NCBI GenBank assembly: GCA_012727685.1
Contig: JAAYGO010000215.1
Span: 1 to 52,785, forward strand
DNA length: 52,785 nt
Reading direction: 5' to 3'
DNA from: Bacillota bacterium
Lineage (GTDB): Bacteria; Bacillota; Dethiobacteria; DTU022
Under the pieces are notes generated by a model that did no database searches, was not told the origin of the DNA, and saw only the letters and a program-made list of their open reading frames with translations. Position 1 is the stretch's first letter. Each line of letters opens with the position of its first letter. Below, piece by piece: positions 19,526 to 28,892 of the stretch. Position numbers and translations under genes: made by a program.

Positions 19526-20829
19526 AAAAAAAGGTGGCTTTCTATACCCTGGGATGCAAGGTCAATTTCTGCGAAACGGAGGCGCTGAAAGCCCTGTTTG
19601 AAAAAGCGGGTTACAGCGTCACCGCTTTTGCCCAGCGGGCCGATGTTTACGTGATCAACACCTGCACCGTGACCAGCATCAGCGATCATAAATCGCGCAA
19701 AATGATCCGCCGTGCCAGGCGCCTCAATCCCGATGCCATTGTGGTGGCTGCAGGGTGTTATGCCCAGGGCTTTCCCAAGGCCCTCGAGGAGATGGGGGCG
19801 GTGGATCTCGTGATCGGGACGCGCGGCCGGGAAGAGCTGCCGCAGCTCGTGGAATCGCTGCAACGGGACAGGCCCCTGGTCATGGTGGAGCCGTACCGGG
19901 AGCAAAGCCCTTTTGAGATGCTCCCGCCGGTAAAACAGCGGGGGAGGACCCGCGGTTTTTTAAAGATCCAGGAGGGCTGCAATGACCGCTGCGCCTATTG
20001 CATTATCCCCACGGTGCGCGGCCCGGTGCGCAGCATGCCTCTAGCCGAGGTGCTACTGCGCGCCCGCACCCTGCTGCGCCAGGGTTGCAAAGAGATCGTG
20101 CTCACCGGGATTCACCTGGGGCTCTACGGCGCGGACCTGGAAGGGGTGACGCTGGCCGGGCTGCTCAAGGAGCTGGAGCAGCTCCCCGGCCTGGCAAGGA
20201 TTCGCCTCAGCTCTCTCGAACCGGCCGATATCACCGGTGAACTGGTGGAGTGCCTGGCCGCTTCCACGGTGATCTGCCCGCACCTGCATATCGCCCTGCA
20301 AAGCGGGGACGGGGAAATCCTGCAGCGGATGAACCGCAGCTACACGCCGGAGGAATACCTTTACCTGGTCAACTGGTTAAGGCAGGAGATACCCGGCATC
20401 GCGGTGAGCACCGATGTGATCGTCGGATTTCCGGGGGAAACGGAGGGGCATCACCGGCGCAGCATGCAGTTTGTGCGCCGGCTTCAGTTCAGCCGCCTAC
20501 ATGTCTTCCAGTATTCGAGCCGGCCGGGCACGCCTGCGGCCTCTTTGCCCGGGCAGGTCTCCCAGGCGGAGAAGAGCAGGCGCAGCCGGGAGATGATCGC
20601 TTTGGGCAAGGAAATGGCTGACAACTACATGCGCCGTTTCCTCGGCTCCAGCGCGGAGGTGCTGATTGAAAAGGTGGAGCCGGGCCAGTACGGCGAGGGT
20701 TTCACCCCCCATTACCTGCGCGTGCGCGTGGCTTTGAACAACAAGGGGCGGCGCTGGAAGGGCAAGCTGATCCGCGCCCGCCTGGAACGGATCGAGTCAG
20801 AAATAATTTGGGGCACCCCGGAAGCTTAG
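19522..20829 (+). CDS. mtaB: tRNA threonylcarbamoyladenosine methylthiotransferase MtaB
   Basis: MiaB-like N-terminal domain (TLGCKVN), radical-SAM CNDRCAYC. GTGA overlap with the rsmE stop. Same synteny as Bacillus yqeV. Confidence 0.85.
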   Translation: MKKKVAFYTLGCKVNFCETEALKALFEKAGYSVTAFAQRADVYVINTCTVTSISDHKSRKMIRRARRLNPDAIVVAAGCYAQGFPKALEEMGAVDLVIGTRGREELPQLVESLQRDRPLVMVEPYREQSPFEMLPPVKQRGRTRGFLKIQEGCNDRCAYCIIPTVRGPVRSMPLAEVLLRARTLLRQGCKEIVLTGIHLGLYGADLEGVTLAGLLKELEQLPGLARIRLSSLEPADITGELVECLAASTVICPHLHIALQSGDGEILQRMNRSYTPEEYLYLVNWLRQEIPGIAVSTDVIVGFPGETEGHHRRSMQFVRRLQFSRLHVFQYSSRPGTPAASLPGQVSQAEKSRRSREMIALGKEMADNYMRRFLGSSAEVLIEKVEPGQYGEGFTPHYLRVRVALNNKGRRWKGKLIRARLERIESEIIWGTPEA

Positions 20830-20892
20830 ACATAAACGGCAGAGCGGTGCATATGATTAGGTATAAGTGTAGAGAAAAGGGAGGACCTGATT

Positions 20893-21444
20893 ATGCACCG
20901 TTTTTTTGTGATCGAAGCACGGCGGCTGCTGCCCCTCTTGTTTTTACTGGTCCTTCTGGTCAGCCTCTCCATTTACGATAATTTTTTCCGCAGCGTCGAG
21001 CAGCAGGTGAGCGTCCCCGAGGAAGAAGTAAAAAATGTGCTGACCTTTATTACCGCTGACCGGGGCGAACTGGAAAGCAGCGCTCAGTTCATGGTGATTG
21101 AAAGCGCAGAGCAGTGGGCTGCGCTGCAGGAAGAACACGCCGGGATACCCGATTATCCGTTCAATGAAACTTATGAAATGGCCGTGCGAGCGGTGAACGG
21201 AGAAGTCAAGAGCATCCAGATGTTCCCCCAGGAAGACGGCTCGGTGCAGGTTCAAGTAAGGGTGAACCTGGAGCCCAATGTCTACCACGTGGTGACCGTG
21301 GAGCGGGAGCAGGTGGGCAGTGCCTCGCGCTGGCTCTTTCTGGATGAAGAAGACCGGGTCCTGCAGGAAGTGGTGATCCCGCCGCCGGAGGGGGAAGACA
21401 CAGCAGTGCCGGAGGAAGCGGTGGAGGAAACCAAAGCCGAGTAG
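20893..21444 (+). CDS. Hypothetical membrane-anchored protein
   Basis: GGGAGGA RBS, N-terminal TM helix, acidic C-terminus. No recognisable family. Confidence 0.6.
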   Translation: MHRFFVIEARRLLPLLFLLVLLVSLSIYDNFFRSVEQQVSVPEEEVKNVLTFITADRGELESSAQFMVIESAEQWAALQEEHAGIPDYPFNETYEMAVRAVNGEVKSIQMFPQEDGSVQVQVRVNLEPNVYHVVTVEREQVGSASRWLFLDEEDRVLQEVVIPPPEGEDTAVPEEAVEETKAE

Positions 21445-21512
21445 CCCCCATGCCGCCGCCAGCGGGGAACCAGCGGGGGATGAAAATGGTGGCTAGCTTG
21501 GAAGCCGCAAGC

Positions 21513-22238
21513 TTACGGAAAACTGGCAATTAAATCCGCCAGGTCTTGCAGGGAACCGCGGTAGCGCGCCGGCGGTTCTTCTCCCGGCCGCCGGTGGATT
21601 AAGAATCGATCCGCCAGGAATGTCCCCATGCCCGTGGCCGCGGCGGAGCTGATGTCCTCCTCCACGTCATTGCCGGCCATGAGGCAGTGTTCCGGCGGAA
21701 TCCCGATCATGGCGGCGATCTCCAGGTAGTATTCCGGCTGCGGCTTGCAAAAGTGCATGTTGTCTACCGTGGTGATCAGGTCGAAAGCGGCGCTGCTTAA
21801 ACGGGCCCACTCTAGCCGGTGTTCTATGGCCCGCAGCGGAAAAATGGGGTTCGTGGCCAGGACCAGGCGCAGACCCTTCCGGCGGGCGGCTTCGATTACT
21901 GCCCCGGCTTCGGGGAGCGGCTTGCTCCATCTTTTTAACAGGGGAAAGCCGCTTTCATAGTAGCGCTCAAAAATCGGGTATACCAGCTCATAGGGTTGTC
22001 CCAGGCGCCGGCAGAATTCGTCGAAAAAGACGGACACATTGGTCTTGGCTGGGTCGGTATTGCGCACCATGACCACGGTGGATTCAAGCAGGTGCCTGGC
22101 AAACTGCTCGGGACTGATGTAGCTACCGAACAGCGGCGCCAGGGTTTCGATATAGGCGCCGATCAGCCGCTCCATGTCAATATCGAGGAGAGTGCCGTCC
22201 AAATCGAGCAGCAGCGCCCGGTATGGCCTCTTTTGCAA
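21513..22238 (-). CDS. HAD-superfamily hydrolase
   Basis: LLDLDGTLLD motif I; later LATN and GNDVEEDI-type motifs. Confidence 0.8.
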   Translation of the reverse strand: MQKRPYRALLLDLDGTLLDIDMERLIGAYIETLAPLFGSYISPEQFARHLLESTVVMVRNTDPAKTNVSVFFDEFCRRLGQPYELVYPIFERYYESGFPLLKRWSKPLPEAGAVIEAARRKGLRLVLATNPIFPLRAIEHRLEWARLSSAAFDLITTVDNMHFCKPQPEYYLEIAAMIGIPPEHCLMAGNDVEEDISSAAATGMGTFLADRFLIHRRPGEEPPARYRGSLQDLADLIASFP

Positions 22239-22268
22239 GGTGAATATACTCCTCTTCTTAATTAATTC

Positions 22269-22661
22269 TTATTCATTTCCATGAGAATTATCTTCCGAAC
22301 CCCATTCCAGATCCGGCAGCAGGTCCGGGTCGAACAGGTCGGCGGTTGCTCCGGCGATGATCTTCTGGATATCCTGCATCAGCAGCCCGAAGCGATATTC
22401 CGCCTCCATGAAGCGCTTCACCGTTAAATTCATGCTGATGATCTGGTAGAGCTTCTCCAGCTTCTCTTCCTGTTCCGGGGCAACCTCCAGTCCGGCGAGC
22501 CTTTGTCTTTGCAGTTCCAGTTGTTGTTTCCGGAAATCGAGCAACATCTCCCGGGCCGATGCTTCACTTTTAAGGGCCTCCTGCGCTTCCCGGAAATTCT
22601 TGTATTCAGACGACTCGCGCAGCGCCTTGGCCAGCATATGGGCAGCGTCGTAAGGATTCAT
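22269..22661 (-). CDS. YlbF/YmcA-family protein (UPF0342)
   Basis: Helical, about 130 aa. SSEYKNFREAQEALKSE...FRKQQLELQ resembles the Bacillus YlbF family. Its start overlaps the selU stop (ATGA). Confidence 0.65.
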   Translation of the reverse strand: MNPYDAAHMLAKALRESSEYKNFREAQEALKSEASAREMLLDFRKQQLELQRQRLAGLEVAPEQEEKLEKLYQIISMNLTVKRFMEAEYRFGLLMQDIQKIIAGATADLFDPDLLPDLEWGSEDNSHGNE

Positions 22662-23749
22662 CGTGTCAGGGCTCCTTTCTCCTCTTTATTTTCCAGGCTT
22701 TTTCGGCTCAACCCATCGATGAGGGCTGCGGTTTGCGCCACCGCTGCCTTCATGTCGGCGGTATCAATGGTGGCGATAAAATCATAGCGGCCGGGCTTGG
22801 CATCCCCGTAGAGGCGGTCATAATAGTCCCGGCAGAGCGTTTCCACCACGGCTACATAGCAGCCGGCATCAAGCTGCTCCAGGAGGTAGCCGGTCTTGGC
22901 CGCACCGAGGCGCCGGCGCAGGTGGCAGAGCGCTTCGCGGATCTGTTCGATTTCCGGCGCGGTGAGGACCGGCGGCAGGTAATCGCCGGCAATCCGCTTG
23001 ACCCGCTCCGCCAGGGAGGCGGTGACTATCACGTGGACGCCTTTTTCCATGGCTTCCACCAGGAAGGCAGGCAGGTGGATGTTGCCGATGCGCCGCCCTT
23101 CTCCCTCCACGATCAAATAAGGCGCACCGTTAAAGCGCTCGAGTTCATGCAGCAGGAGGGTGTCGAAATCTTTTTGCGAGCGCTTGCCGGGCAGCCCCAC
23201 CGCACCGAAGACAGAGCCGCGGTGGCGGGCCAGCCCTTCCAGATCCAGGGCCGGGTAGCCGCGCGCCATCAACTCCCGGATCAGCTCTGTTTTGCCGACC
23301 CCCGTTAATCCATGCAGCACCAGCAGGGTGCTTCTCAGCTTGTAGTTTTGCAGGCGCCGGTGGATGTGGCGGCGGTAGGCCCGGTAGCCTCCCTTCAAGC
23401 GCAGGGCGGGAATGCCGGCAAGCTGCATGGCCTGGAAGAGGCAGAGGCTGCGCAGACCGCCCCGCCAGCAAAAAAGCAGCGGCTTTTTATCGCCTGCGGC
23501 TGCGGCAACTCGTGCTACCAGCCGGGGCAGCTTGGGCGCGACCAGATCCAGTGCAGCCAGGCGGGCGGCTTTTTCGCCGGAGTGCCGGTGGAGCAGTCCT
23601 ATTTCATGGCGCTCCTGATCGTCTAAAAGAGGGACATTGACGGCACCGGGGAGCGACGCCTCATTGAATTCGCCCGGTGAACGCACGTCAATCCATACAA
23701 GGTCGTCGCGCCGCAGCGCCTCCTCCAGATCTATTTCCAGCGAATCCAT
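22658..23749 (-). CDS. selU: tRNA 2-selenouridine synthase (SelU/MnmH)
   Basis: N-terminal rhodanese domain (IDVRSPGEF, catalytic CWRGGLRS) and P-loop GLTGVGKT; about 360 aa. Confidence 0.85.
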   Translation of the reverse strand: MDSLEIDLEEALRRDDLVWIDVRSPGEFNEASLPGAVNVPLLDDQERHEIGLLHRHSGEKAARLAALDLVAPKLPRLVARVAAAAGDKKPLLFCWRGGLRSLCLFQAMQLAGIPALRLKGGYRAYRRHIHRRLQNYKLRSTLLVLHGLTGVGKTELIRELMARGYPALDLEGLARHRGSVFGAVGLPGKRSQKDFDTLLLHELERFNGAPYLIVEGEGRRIGNIHLPAFLVEAMEKGVHVIVTASLAERVKRIAGDYLPPVLTAPEIEQIREALCHLRRRLGAAKTGYLLEQLDAGCYVAVVETLCRDYYDRLYGDAKPGRYDFIATIDTADMKAAVAQTAALIDGLSRKSLENKEEKGALTR

Positions 23750-23788
23750 GGCCGCGCCGCCTCCAACGGTGATTGATGATTATTATGT

Positions 23789-23818
23789 ATTATAGCTGAT
23801 CTCCACTTTGAGGCGCAA
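23789..23818 (-). promoter_or_regulatory. Candidate sigma-A promoter for selU
   Basis: On the minus strand: TTGCGC (23818-23813), 18 nt, TATAAT (23794-23789), about 40 nt upstream of the selU ATG. Confidence 0.4.
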
Positions 23819-24002
23819 GGAGCCCCTTTCCGCGATGGTGCTTTAAAAACTTTGTTTTGGAAAGAGGGATTAAGTAACGCCGTGACGAATAATTACCGGC
23901 TATGATTTTTTAGTAAAGGTGGGGCCGGGCAACCTTCTCAAGGCCAAGCTGCTGTGTTATAATATTACGAGATTTTCATCTTAACCGGCAGGAGGAGAAG
24001 GT

Positions 24003-24347
24003 ATGGCCGCCGATTGCATATTTTGTAAGATCGTTAACAAGGAAGTGGACGCCGAGATTGTCTATGAGGATCGGGATATTGTAGCCTTTAAAGATATCTC
24101 TCCCGTAGCCCCCGTCCATCTGCTGGTGGTTCCGCGCCGGCATATACCCGCGTTAATGGATCTGAAACAAGATGATGCAGCTTTAATCGGGCAGATGCAC
24201 CTTGTGGCTAATGACCTGGCACGCACCTTCGAACTGGATCAAAGGGGATATCGCGTGGTCATTAACTGCGGGAAAGATGCCGGACAAGCGGTATTTCACC
24301 TGCATCTCCACCTTTTGGGAGGAAGAGCTTTGCAAATCATGGGCTAG
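24003..24347 (+). CDS. HIT-family (histidine triad) protein
   Basis: HLHLHLLGG histidine triad; CIFCKI N-terminus. Confidence 0.9.
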   Translation: MAADCIFCKIVNKEVDAEIVYEDRDIVAFKDISPVAPVHLLVVPRRHIPALMDLKQDDAALIGQMHLVANDLARTFELDQRGYRVVINCGKDAGQAVFHLHLHLLGGRALQIMG

Positions 24348-24396
24348 CCCATACTCATCTTGGCGGTGGTTTGTCTGTGGAGAGGGGGGAAATATT

Positions 24397-24573
24397 TTGG
24401 CAGAAGTCAAGGTCGGCAAAAACGAAACACTGGACAAAGCCCTGAAGCGGTTCAAAAAACAGTGCGCCCGCACCGGCATTCTATCGGAGGTGCGCCGGCG
24501 GGAGCATTATGAAAAACCGAGCGTGCGCCGCAAAAAGAAAGCTGAGGCCGCACGCAAGAGGCGTTTCTACTAG
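24397..24573 (+). CDS. rpsU: 30S ribosomal protein S21
   Basis: [41 protein letters not shown]..., 58 aa. TTG start after GGAGAGGGGGGA; the track ORF opens far upstream at 24202. Confidence 0.9.
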   Translation: MAEVKVGKNETLDKALKRFKKQCARTGILSEVRRREHYEKPSVRRKKKAEAARKRRFY

Positions 24574-24585
24574 GAGGGATGACCT

Positions 24586-25029
24586 GTGTCTTTGGAAGAA
24601 AGGCTGATAGAAGATCAGTTGCAGGCCACCCGGGCTAAAGATCGTTTTAGCCTGAATGTAATTCGCGTGCTCAGGGCTGAATTGAAGAACGCCTCCATTG
24701 CCAAAAAAGGACCCCTGGAAACAGACGAAGAGCTGGCGGTTTTAACCCGCGAAATAAAGCGACGGCAGGAAGCCTTAAAAGACTACGAACGGGCCGGCCG
24801 GCCTGAGCTGCTCGAGGAGCTGCAACGGGAAATCGCCCTGCTGCAGCGCTACCTGCCCCCCCAGCTAAGCGAAGCGGAGCTGGAAGAGCTGGTTGAGCAG
24901 GCTCTCCGGGAGACCGGGGCAGCGTCAAAGCGCGATCTGGGCAAGGTGATGGGCTGGCTGATGCCCCGGGTCAAAGGCAGGGCCGACGGCAGCCTGGTCC
25001 GCCGTCTAGTGGAAAGCAAACTGCAATAA
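24586..25029 (+). CDS. GatB/YqeY domain protein
   Basis: 147 aa. Typical YqeY sequence (RVLRAELKN, LTREIKRRQEA, DLGKVMGWLMPRVKGRADG). Follows rpsU as in Bacillus. Confidence 0.85.
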   Translation: MSLEERLIEDQLQATRAKDRFSLNVIRVLRAELKNASIAKKGPLETDEELAVLTREIKRRQEALKDYERAGRPELLEELQREIALLQRYLPPQLSEAELEELVEQALRETGAASKRDLGKVMGWLMPRVKGRADGSLVRRLVESKLQ

Positions 25030-25055
25030 CCCGGTTACCCCAACCGGGTTATTTT
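25028..25055 (+). terminator. Intrinsic terminator after the yqeY-like gene
   Basis: aacccggtt / aaccgggtt 9-bp stem, loop acccc, then ATTTT. A second hairpin, gggcgcag-gtg-ctgcgccc, follows at about 25083-25102. Confidence 0.7.
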
Positions 25056-25140
25056 ACAAAATGATGATAGCGTAAACGACGAGGGGCGCAGGTGCTGCGC
25101 CCTTGTGTCCTGATCTTGCCCGAACAAAGAGGTGGAACCG

Positions 25141-26487
25141 GTGCTTAAATTTATACGCATGGTTTGCTGGTCTTTCCTGGTTCTGGCCGGGCTGCTTTTG
25201 GCGTATACCCCCGCCGCGGAAGCTGCGGGGAACGGCCCGGAAGTAGCGATCATTCCCATCGAGGGGACCCTTCATCCGGGGATGCCCGCTTTTGTGCGGC
25301 GCTCCCTCGAAGGTGCCGCGGCAAGAGGCGCTGCCGCGGTGATCATGGAGCTGAATACGCCGGGGGGCTATACCGACGTGGCCGAAAAAATTCGCCGGCA
25401 CATGGATGAATACCCCGGGCCGGTATACGCGTTTGTGCGGACGCAGGCGCTCTCTGCGGGGGCTTACCTGGCCCTGGCCGCGGACGGGATCTACATGGTG
25501 CCCGGCGCAACCATGGGGGCTGCCGAGCCGCGCTACCTTGACGGTCAGACCGATGAAAAAATACTTTCGTACTGGGAAAAGCAGATGGCCGGGCTGGCCG
25601 AGCGGCGCGACCGGGATCCGCAAATCGCCGCGGCCATGGTGCGCAAGGAGATCGCCATTCCCGGCGTTGTCGAAAAAGGGGTCCTCCTCACCCTGACCCA
25701 CAGCGAAGCACAGGAGCTGGCATACAGTGAAGGAACTGTGGAGAACAGGGGCGAACTGCTCGCCCTTTTGGGGCTCTCCGGTGCGGAGCAGGTTGAGTAT
25801 CGCCCAACCTTTACCGATCAAATCGTCGGCTGGACCACCAACCCGGTGGTGGCCACGATTTTGTTGTTGGTGGGGATCGGGGGGCTGGTCGTAGAGATTT
25901 TTACCGCCGGCTTCGGCGTGGCCGGATTTTTAAGCCTGCTGGCCTTTACCCTTTATTTCGGCGGGCACATTGCCGCCGGCTTTGCCGACTACTGGGTGGT
26001 GTTTTTATTTATTTTCGGAGTGGCGCTGATCATCGCGGAGGCCTTTGTGCCGGGCTTTGGTTTCCTCGGTGTGGCGGGGCTGATCGCCACGGTAGCGGCC
26101 ATTGTCCTGGCCGCGGCCTCGGTGAAAACCGGTTTTATTACCCTTGCCATTTCTCTGGTTCTGGCCGGCGTCCTGACTACCCTTACCTTCCGCTTTTTCG
26201 TGAAGCGCGGAGCGCTGCGCCACATTATCCTTGCGGATGAGGCACGGCCGGAGCTGGGTTACGTGGCTCCTGCTGACCGGAAACATCTGCGCGGCCGCGA
26301 GGGGGTGACGATCACCCCGCTGCGCCCGGCGGGCGCCGTAGAGATCGACGGGGAGCGGGTCGATGTGGTCAGCGAAGGCGGTTATATCGAGGCCGGAGTG
26401 CCGGTAACGGTCGTGCAGGTGGAAGGGGTGCGGGTGGTGGTCAGGGCCAAAAAGGGAGAGGAAGCGGAGGCCAAGGATAAGCAGTAA
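25141..26487 (+). CDS. NfeD-family membrane-bound serine protease (YqeZ-like)
   Basis: Signal/TM segment, ClpP-like domain, four or five TM helices, C-terminal NfeD OB-fold. Precedes floA as in Bacillus. GTG 25141 follows AAAGAGGTGG. Confidence 0.8.
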   Translation: MLKFIRMVCWSFLVLAGLLLAYTPAAEAAGNGPEVAIIPIEGTLHPGMPAFVRRSLEGAAARGAAAVIMELNTPGGYTDVAEKIRRHMDEYPGPVYAFVRTQALSAGAYLALAADGIYMVPGATMGAAEPRYLDGQTDEKILSYWEKQMAGLAERRDRDPQIAAAMVRKEIAIPGVVEKGVLLTLTHSEAQELAYSEGTVENRGELLALLGLSGAEQVEYRPTFTDQIVGWTTNPVVATILLLVGIGGLVVEIFTAGFGVAGFLSLLAFTLYFGGHIAAGFADYWVVFLFIFGVALIIAEAFVPGFGFLGVAGLIATVAAIVLAAASVKTGFITLAISLVLAGVLTTLTFRFFVKRGALRHIILADEARPELGYVAPADRKHLRGREGVTITPLRPAGAVEIDGERVDVVSEGGYIEAGVPVTVVQVEGVRVVVRAKKGEEAEAKDKQ

Positions 26488-26612
26488 GCGGCTGAAAAAG
26501 CGAGGGAATTGCCGCCGCCCGGCTCGCTTTAAAGACCCCGCCCTCCATGAGCCCCCGGATTGGCGGCGAAAGGCGGTTTCATGAATAAAAGATTTACAAG
26601 GAGGTTGTTGCA

Positions 26613-27602
26613 ATGACCGAGTTGATTATTATCTTTGTATTGATCGGCCTGGCCATCATCTTCCTGGCCATTATTTTCAGTTTTATACCCATTGGCCTCT
26701 GGATCTCGGCCCTGGCGGCACGGGTGCCGGTGGGCATCTTCGCCCTGATCGGGATGCGGCTGCGCCGGGTGGTACCGGTTAAAATCGTGGCCCCTCTGAT
26801 CAAGGCAACCAAGGCTGGCTTGGATCTGAATGTCAACCAGTTGGAAGGCCACTACCTGGCCGGCGGCAACGTGGACCGGGTGGTCAACGCCCTCATTGCC
26901 GCCCAGCGGGCCGAAATCCCTCTGCCCTTTGAGCGCGCCGCCGCCATTGATCTCGCCGGGCGGAATGTGCTCGAGGCGGTGCAGATGAGCGTAAACCCGA
27001 AAGTGATTGAAACGCCGGTCGTGGCGGCGGTGGCCAAGGACGGCATCGAGTTGAAGGCCAAGGCCAAGGTAACGGTGCGTGCCAATATCGATCGCCTGGT
27101 CGGAGGCGCCGGCGAGGAGACGATCATTGCCCGGGTCGGCGAGGGCATCGTGACCACCATTGGCTCTTCCATTGACCACAAGCAGGTGCTGGAAAATCCC
27201 GATACCATTTCGACCACTGTTTTAAACAAGGGGCTTGACGCCGGGACCGCTTACGAGATTTTATCCATCGATATCGCCGATGTGGATGTGGGCAAGAATA
27301 TCGGCGCCCAATTGCAGACGGACCAGGCCGAGGCCGACAAGCGCATCGCCCAGGCCAAGGCTGAAGAGCGCCGCGCCATGGCCGTGGCCAAGGAACAGGA
27401 AATGCTCGCTTATGTCCAGGAAATGCGGGCCAAGGTCGTTGAAGCAGAGGCGGAAGTACCCCTGGCCATTGCCCAGGCCTTGCGCGAAGGGAAACTCGGT
27501 GTGCTGGACTACTATAACTTGAAAAACCTGCTCGCCGACACCAAAATGCGGGATGCAATCAGCAAGTTGGGGCAGCAGGAGCAGAACCCGGACGATAAGT
27601 AG
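26613..27602 (+). CDS. floA: Flotillin-like protein FloA (YqfA, UPF0365/SPFH)
   Basis: N-terminal hairpin TM, SPFH-like core, Ala/Glu-rich coiled C-terminus. Follows nfeD. Confidence 0.85.
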   Translation: MTELIIIFVLIGLAIIFLAIIFSFIPIGLWISALAARVPVGIFALIGMRLRRVVPVKIVAPLIKATKAGLDLNVNQLEGHYLAGGNVDRVVNALIAAQRAEIPLPFERAAAIDLAGRNVLEAVQMSVNPKVIETPVVAAVAKDGIELKAKAKVTVRANIDRLVGGAGEETIIARVGEGIVTTIGSSIDHKQVLENPDTISTTVLNKGLDAGTAYEILSIDIADVDVGKNIGAQLQTDQAEADKRIAQAKAEERRAMAVAKEQEMLAYVQEMRAKVVEAEAEVPLAIAQALREGKLGVLDYYNLKNLLADTKMRDAISKLGQQEQNPDDK

Positions 27603-27640
27603 TCTTTACCCTCAAGCCTGCCTTCAGGAGGTGAGTAAGC

Positions 27641-28045
27641 ATGGAAATTATGGTGATCGTCTTTATCCTGGCCGTGGTTTTTAATGTGGTTGGAACCCTC
27701 TTAAAGCAGGCTGCTGGAAGTCAAAGCCGGAGCGCGCCGGCCGGCAGGCCGGCTGCCAGGCCGGCTGTCAGCCCGCACCCGCCGGGCCCGCCGCGCCATG
27801 ACCTTGTTAGCAAGGCGGCTCCGGATCCTGCCGGAGAAGGCATCTCCATGGAGGGCAGCGCGGCCGCAAGGCTGGAAGAAGGCGCTGCCAGCCGCCCCGC
27901 CGGTGCAGCGTTGCGGCGCAGAGAACCGCCTGCCGCAGCCCAAAGAACCGCTGCGGGACTGCAGCGCCTTTTTACCCAGAAAGATCGGCTCCTACACGCC
28001 TTTATTTTCAACGAGATAATCGGCCCGCCGCGCAGCCGGCGCTAG
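27641..28045 (+). CDS. Hypothetical small membrane protein (YqfB position)
   Basis: AGGAGGTGA RBS, N-terminal TM, Pro/Ala/Arg-rich tail. Syntenic with Bacillus yqfB. Confidence 0.5.
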   Translation: MEIMVIVFILAVVFNVVGTLLKQAAGSQSRSAPAGRPAARPAVSPHPPGPPRHDLVSKAAPDPAGEGISMEGSAAARLEEGAASRPAGAALRRREPPAAAQRTAAGLQRLFTQKDRLLHAFIFNEIIGPPRSRR

Positions 28046-28118
28046 TCCTGGCAAAAATGAGGGCTGCCTAAAAAAGGAGACCCGCCCCTTGTATATGTGT
28101 TCTTAAGTGCAGAGGATT

Positions 28119-28221
28119 TCATCCTGAGCGCACCTTATATCATCTGAGCGAAGCGGAGGATCTCAACCTGGCTGCTGCCATCAGCAACAGAGTTTCTTCG
28201 GGCTTCGCCTTCGGGATGATA
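28119..28221. repeat. REP-like palindromic element (tcatcctgagcg family)
   Basis: tcatcctgagcgca (28119-32) and tcatctgagcgaagcggaggatctc (28140-64) are followed by the inverted partner gagtttcttcgggcttcgccttcgggatgata (28190-221). Related copy at 43285-43356. Confidence 0.6.
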
Positions 28222-28308
28222 ACAGGGAACTCAGCATGAGATCAAAAGGGGCTGCCCTTTAAAGACAGCCCTCTTTCTTTATCCTCGATTGACCCCCGGC
28301 AAACTGCA

Positions 28309-28338
28309 GTCTTATTTTCCCTGCCGCGCGCATAGATT
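28309..28338 (+). promoter_or_regulatory. Sigma-E-like sporulation promoter upstream of yqfC-yqfD
   Basis: GTCTTATT, 14 nt, CATAGATT, compared with the remembered sigma-E consensus kmATATT-14-CATACA-T. About 40 nt upstream of the yqfC start. Confidence 0.4.
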
Positions 28339-28378
28339 AAAACAAGTCTACTTTGCCATCAGCGGGAGTTGTGAGCCG

Positions 28379-28669
28379 GTGCCGATTAATAAAAACAAGG
28401 GCAAGGGCGGTATCAAGGCGATCCTTGCCGATCTTTTTGAGCTGCCCCGGGAAGTAATGCTCGATCTGCCGCGGATAACCATGATCGGCAACCTGCAGCT
28501 TTACCTCGAAAACCACCGCGGCGTCATCAGCTATGATCAGAACCAGGTGCGCGTTGCGGCCAAGGAGGGTGAAATCATTATCCGGGGTGAAAACCTGCAG
28601 ATCAAGAACCTGATGGCCGAAGAGCTTGTGATCAAGGGAAGTATTGAGGGCCTGGAGTACGATCTATAA
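28379..28669 (+). CDS. yqfC: Sporulation protein YqfC
   Basis: LPREVMLDLPRITMIGNLQLYLENHRG...ELVIKGSIEGLEY, about 96 aa from GTG 28379; the track ORF opens at 28289. Confidence 0.85.
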   Translation: MPINKNKGKGGIKAILADLFELPREVMLDLPRITMIGNLQLYLENHRGVISYDQNQVRVAAKEGEIIIRGENLQIKNLMAEELVIKGSIEGLEYDL

Positions 28670-28679
28670 CCAATACAAA

Positions 28680-28721
28680 TTGCCACGGGGACTTTTCTAA
28701 TGACAACGTTGCCATAGGGAC
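28680..28721. repeat. Direct repeat ttgccaYRgggac x2
   Basis: ttgccacggggac (28680-92) and ttgccatagggac (28709-21), in the yqfC-yqfD intergenic region. Confidence 0.5.
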
Positions 28722-28778
28722 GGTTCTCCAGAGATTCTCTGAAGATGCGGTAGCCGGATTTGCCCCCCCTCACCCTGA

Positions 28779-28805
28779 CCCTCTCCCCCCAGAGGGGGGA
28801 GAGGG
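28779..28805. repeat. GC-rich palindromic hairpin (ccctctcccccc / ggggggagaggg)
   Basis: 12-bp stem 28779-28790 / 28794-28805 with a 3-nt loop, flanked by ccctcaccctgacc and gattagggaagggtg. Resembles widespread REP-like elements. Confidence 0.6.
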
Positions 28806-28892
28806 GATTAGGGAAGGGTGCCGTGAGGCCTCTGTTATAGTATCCCAAGATGTGCGGTTGCTCACCGGCAGGGAGAATAGGGGTGAAAAGCG

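Noticed and set aside
28537-28848. 103-aa minus-strand ORF between yqfC and yqfD
   Set aside because: It overlaps the yqfC 3' end and is otherwise translated from REP-like repeats (SPLWGERVRVRG, ENRPYGNVV peptides are typical repeat read-throughs).
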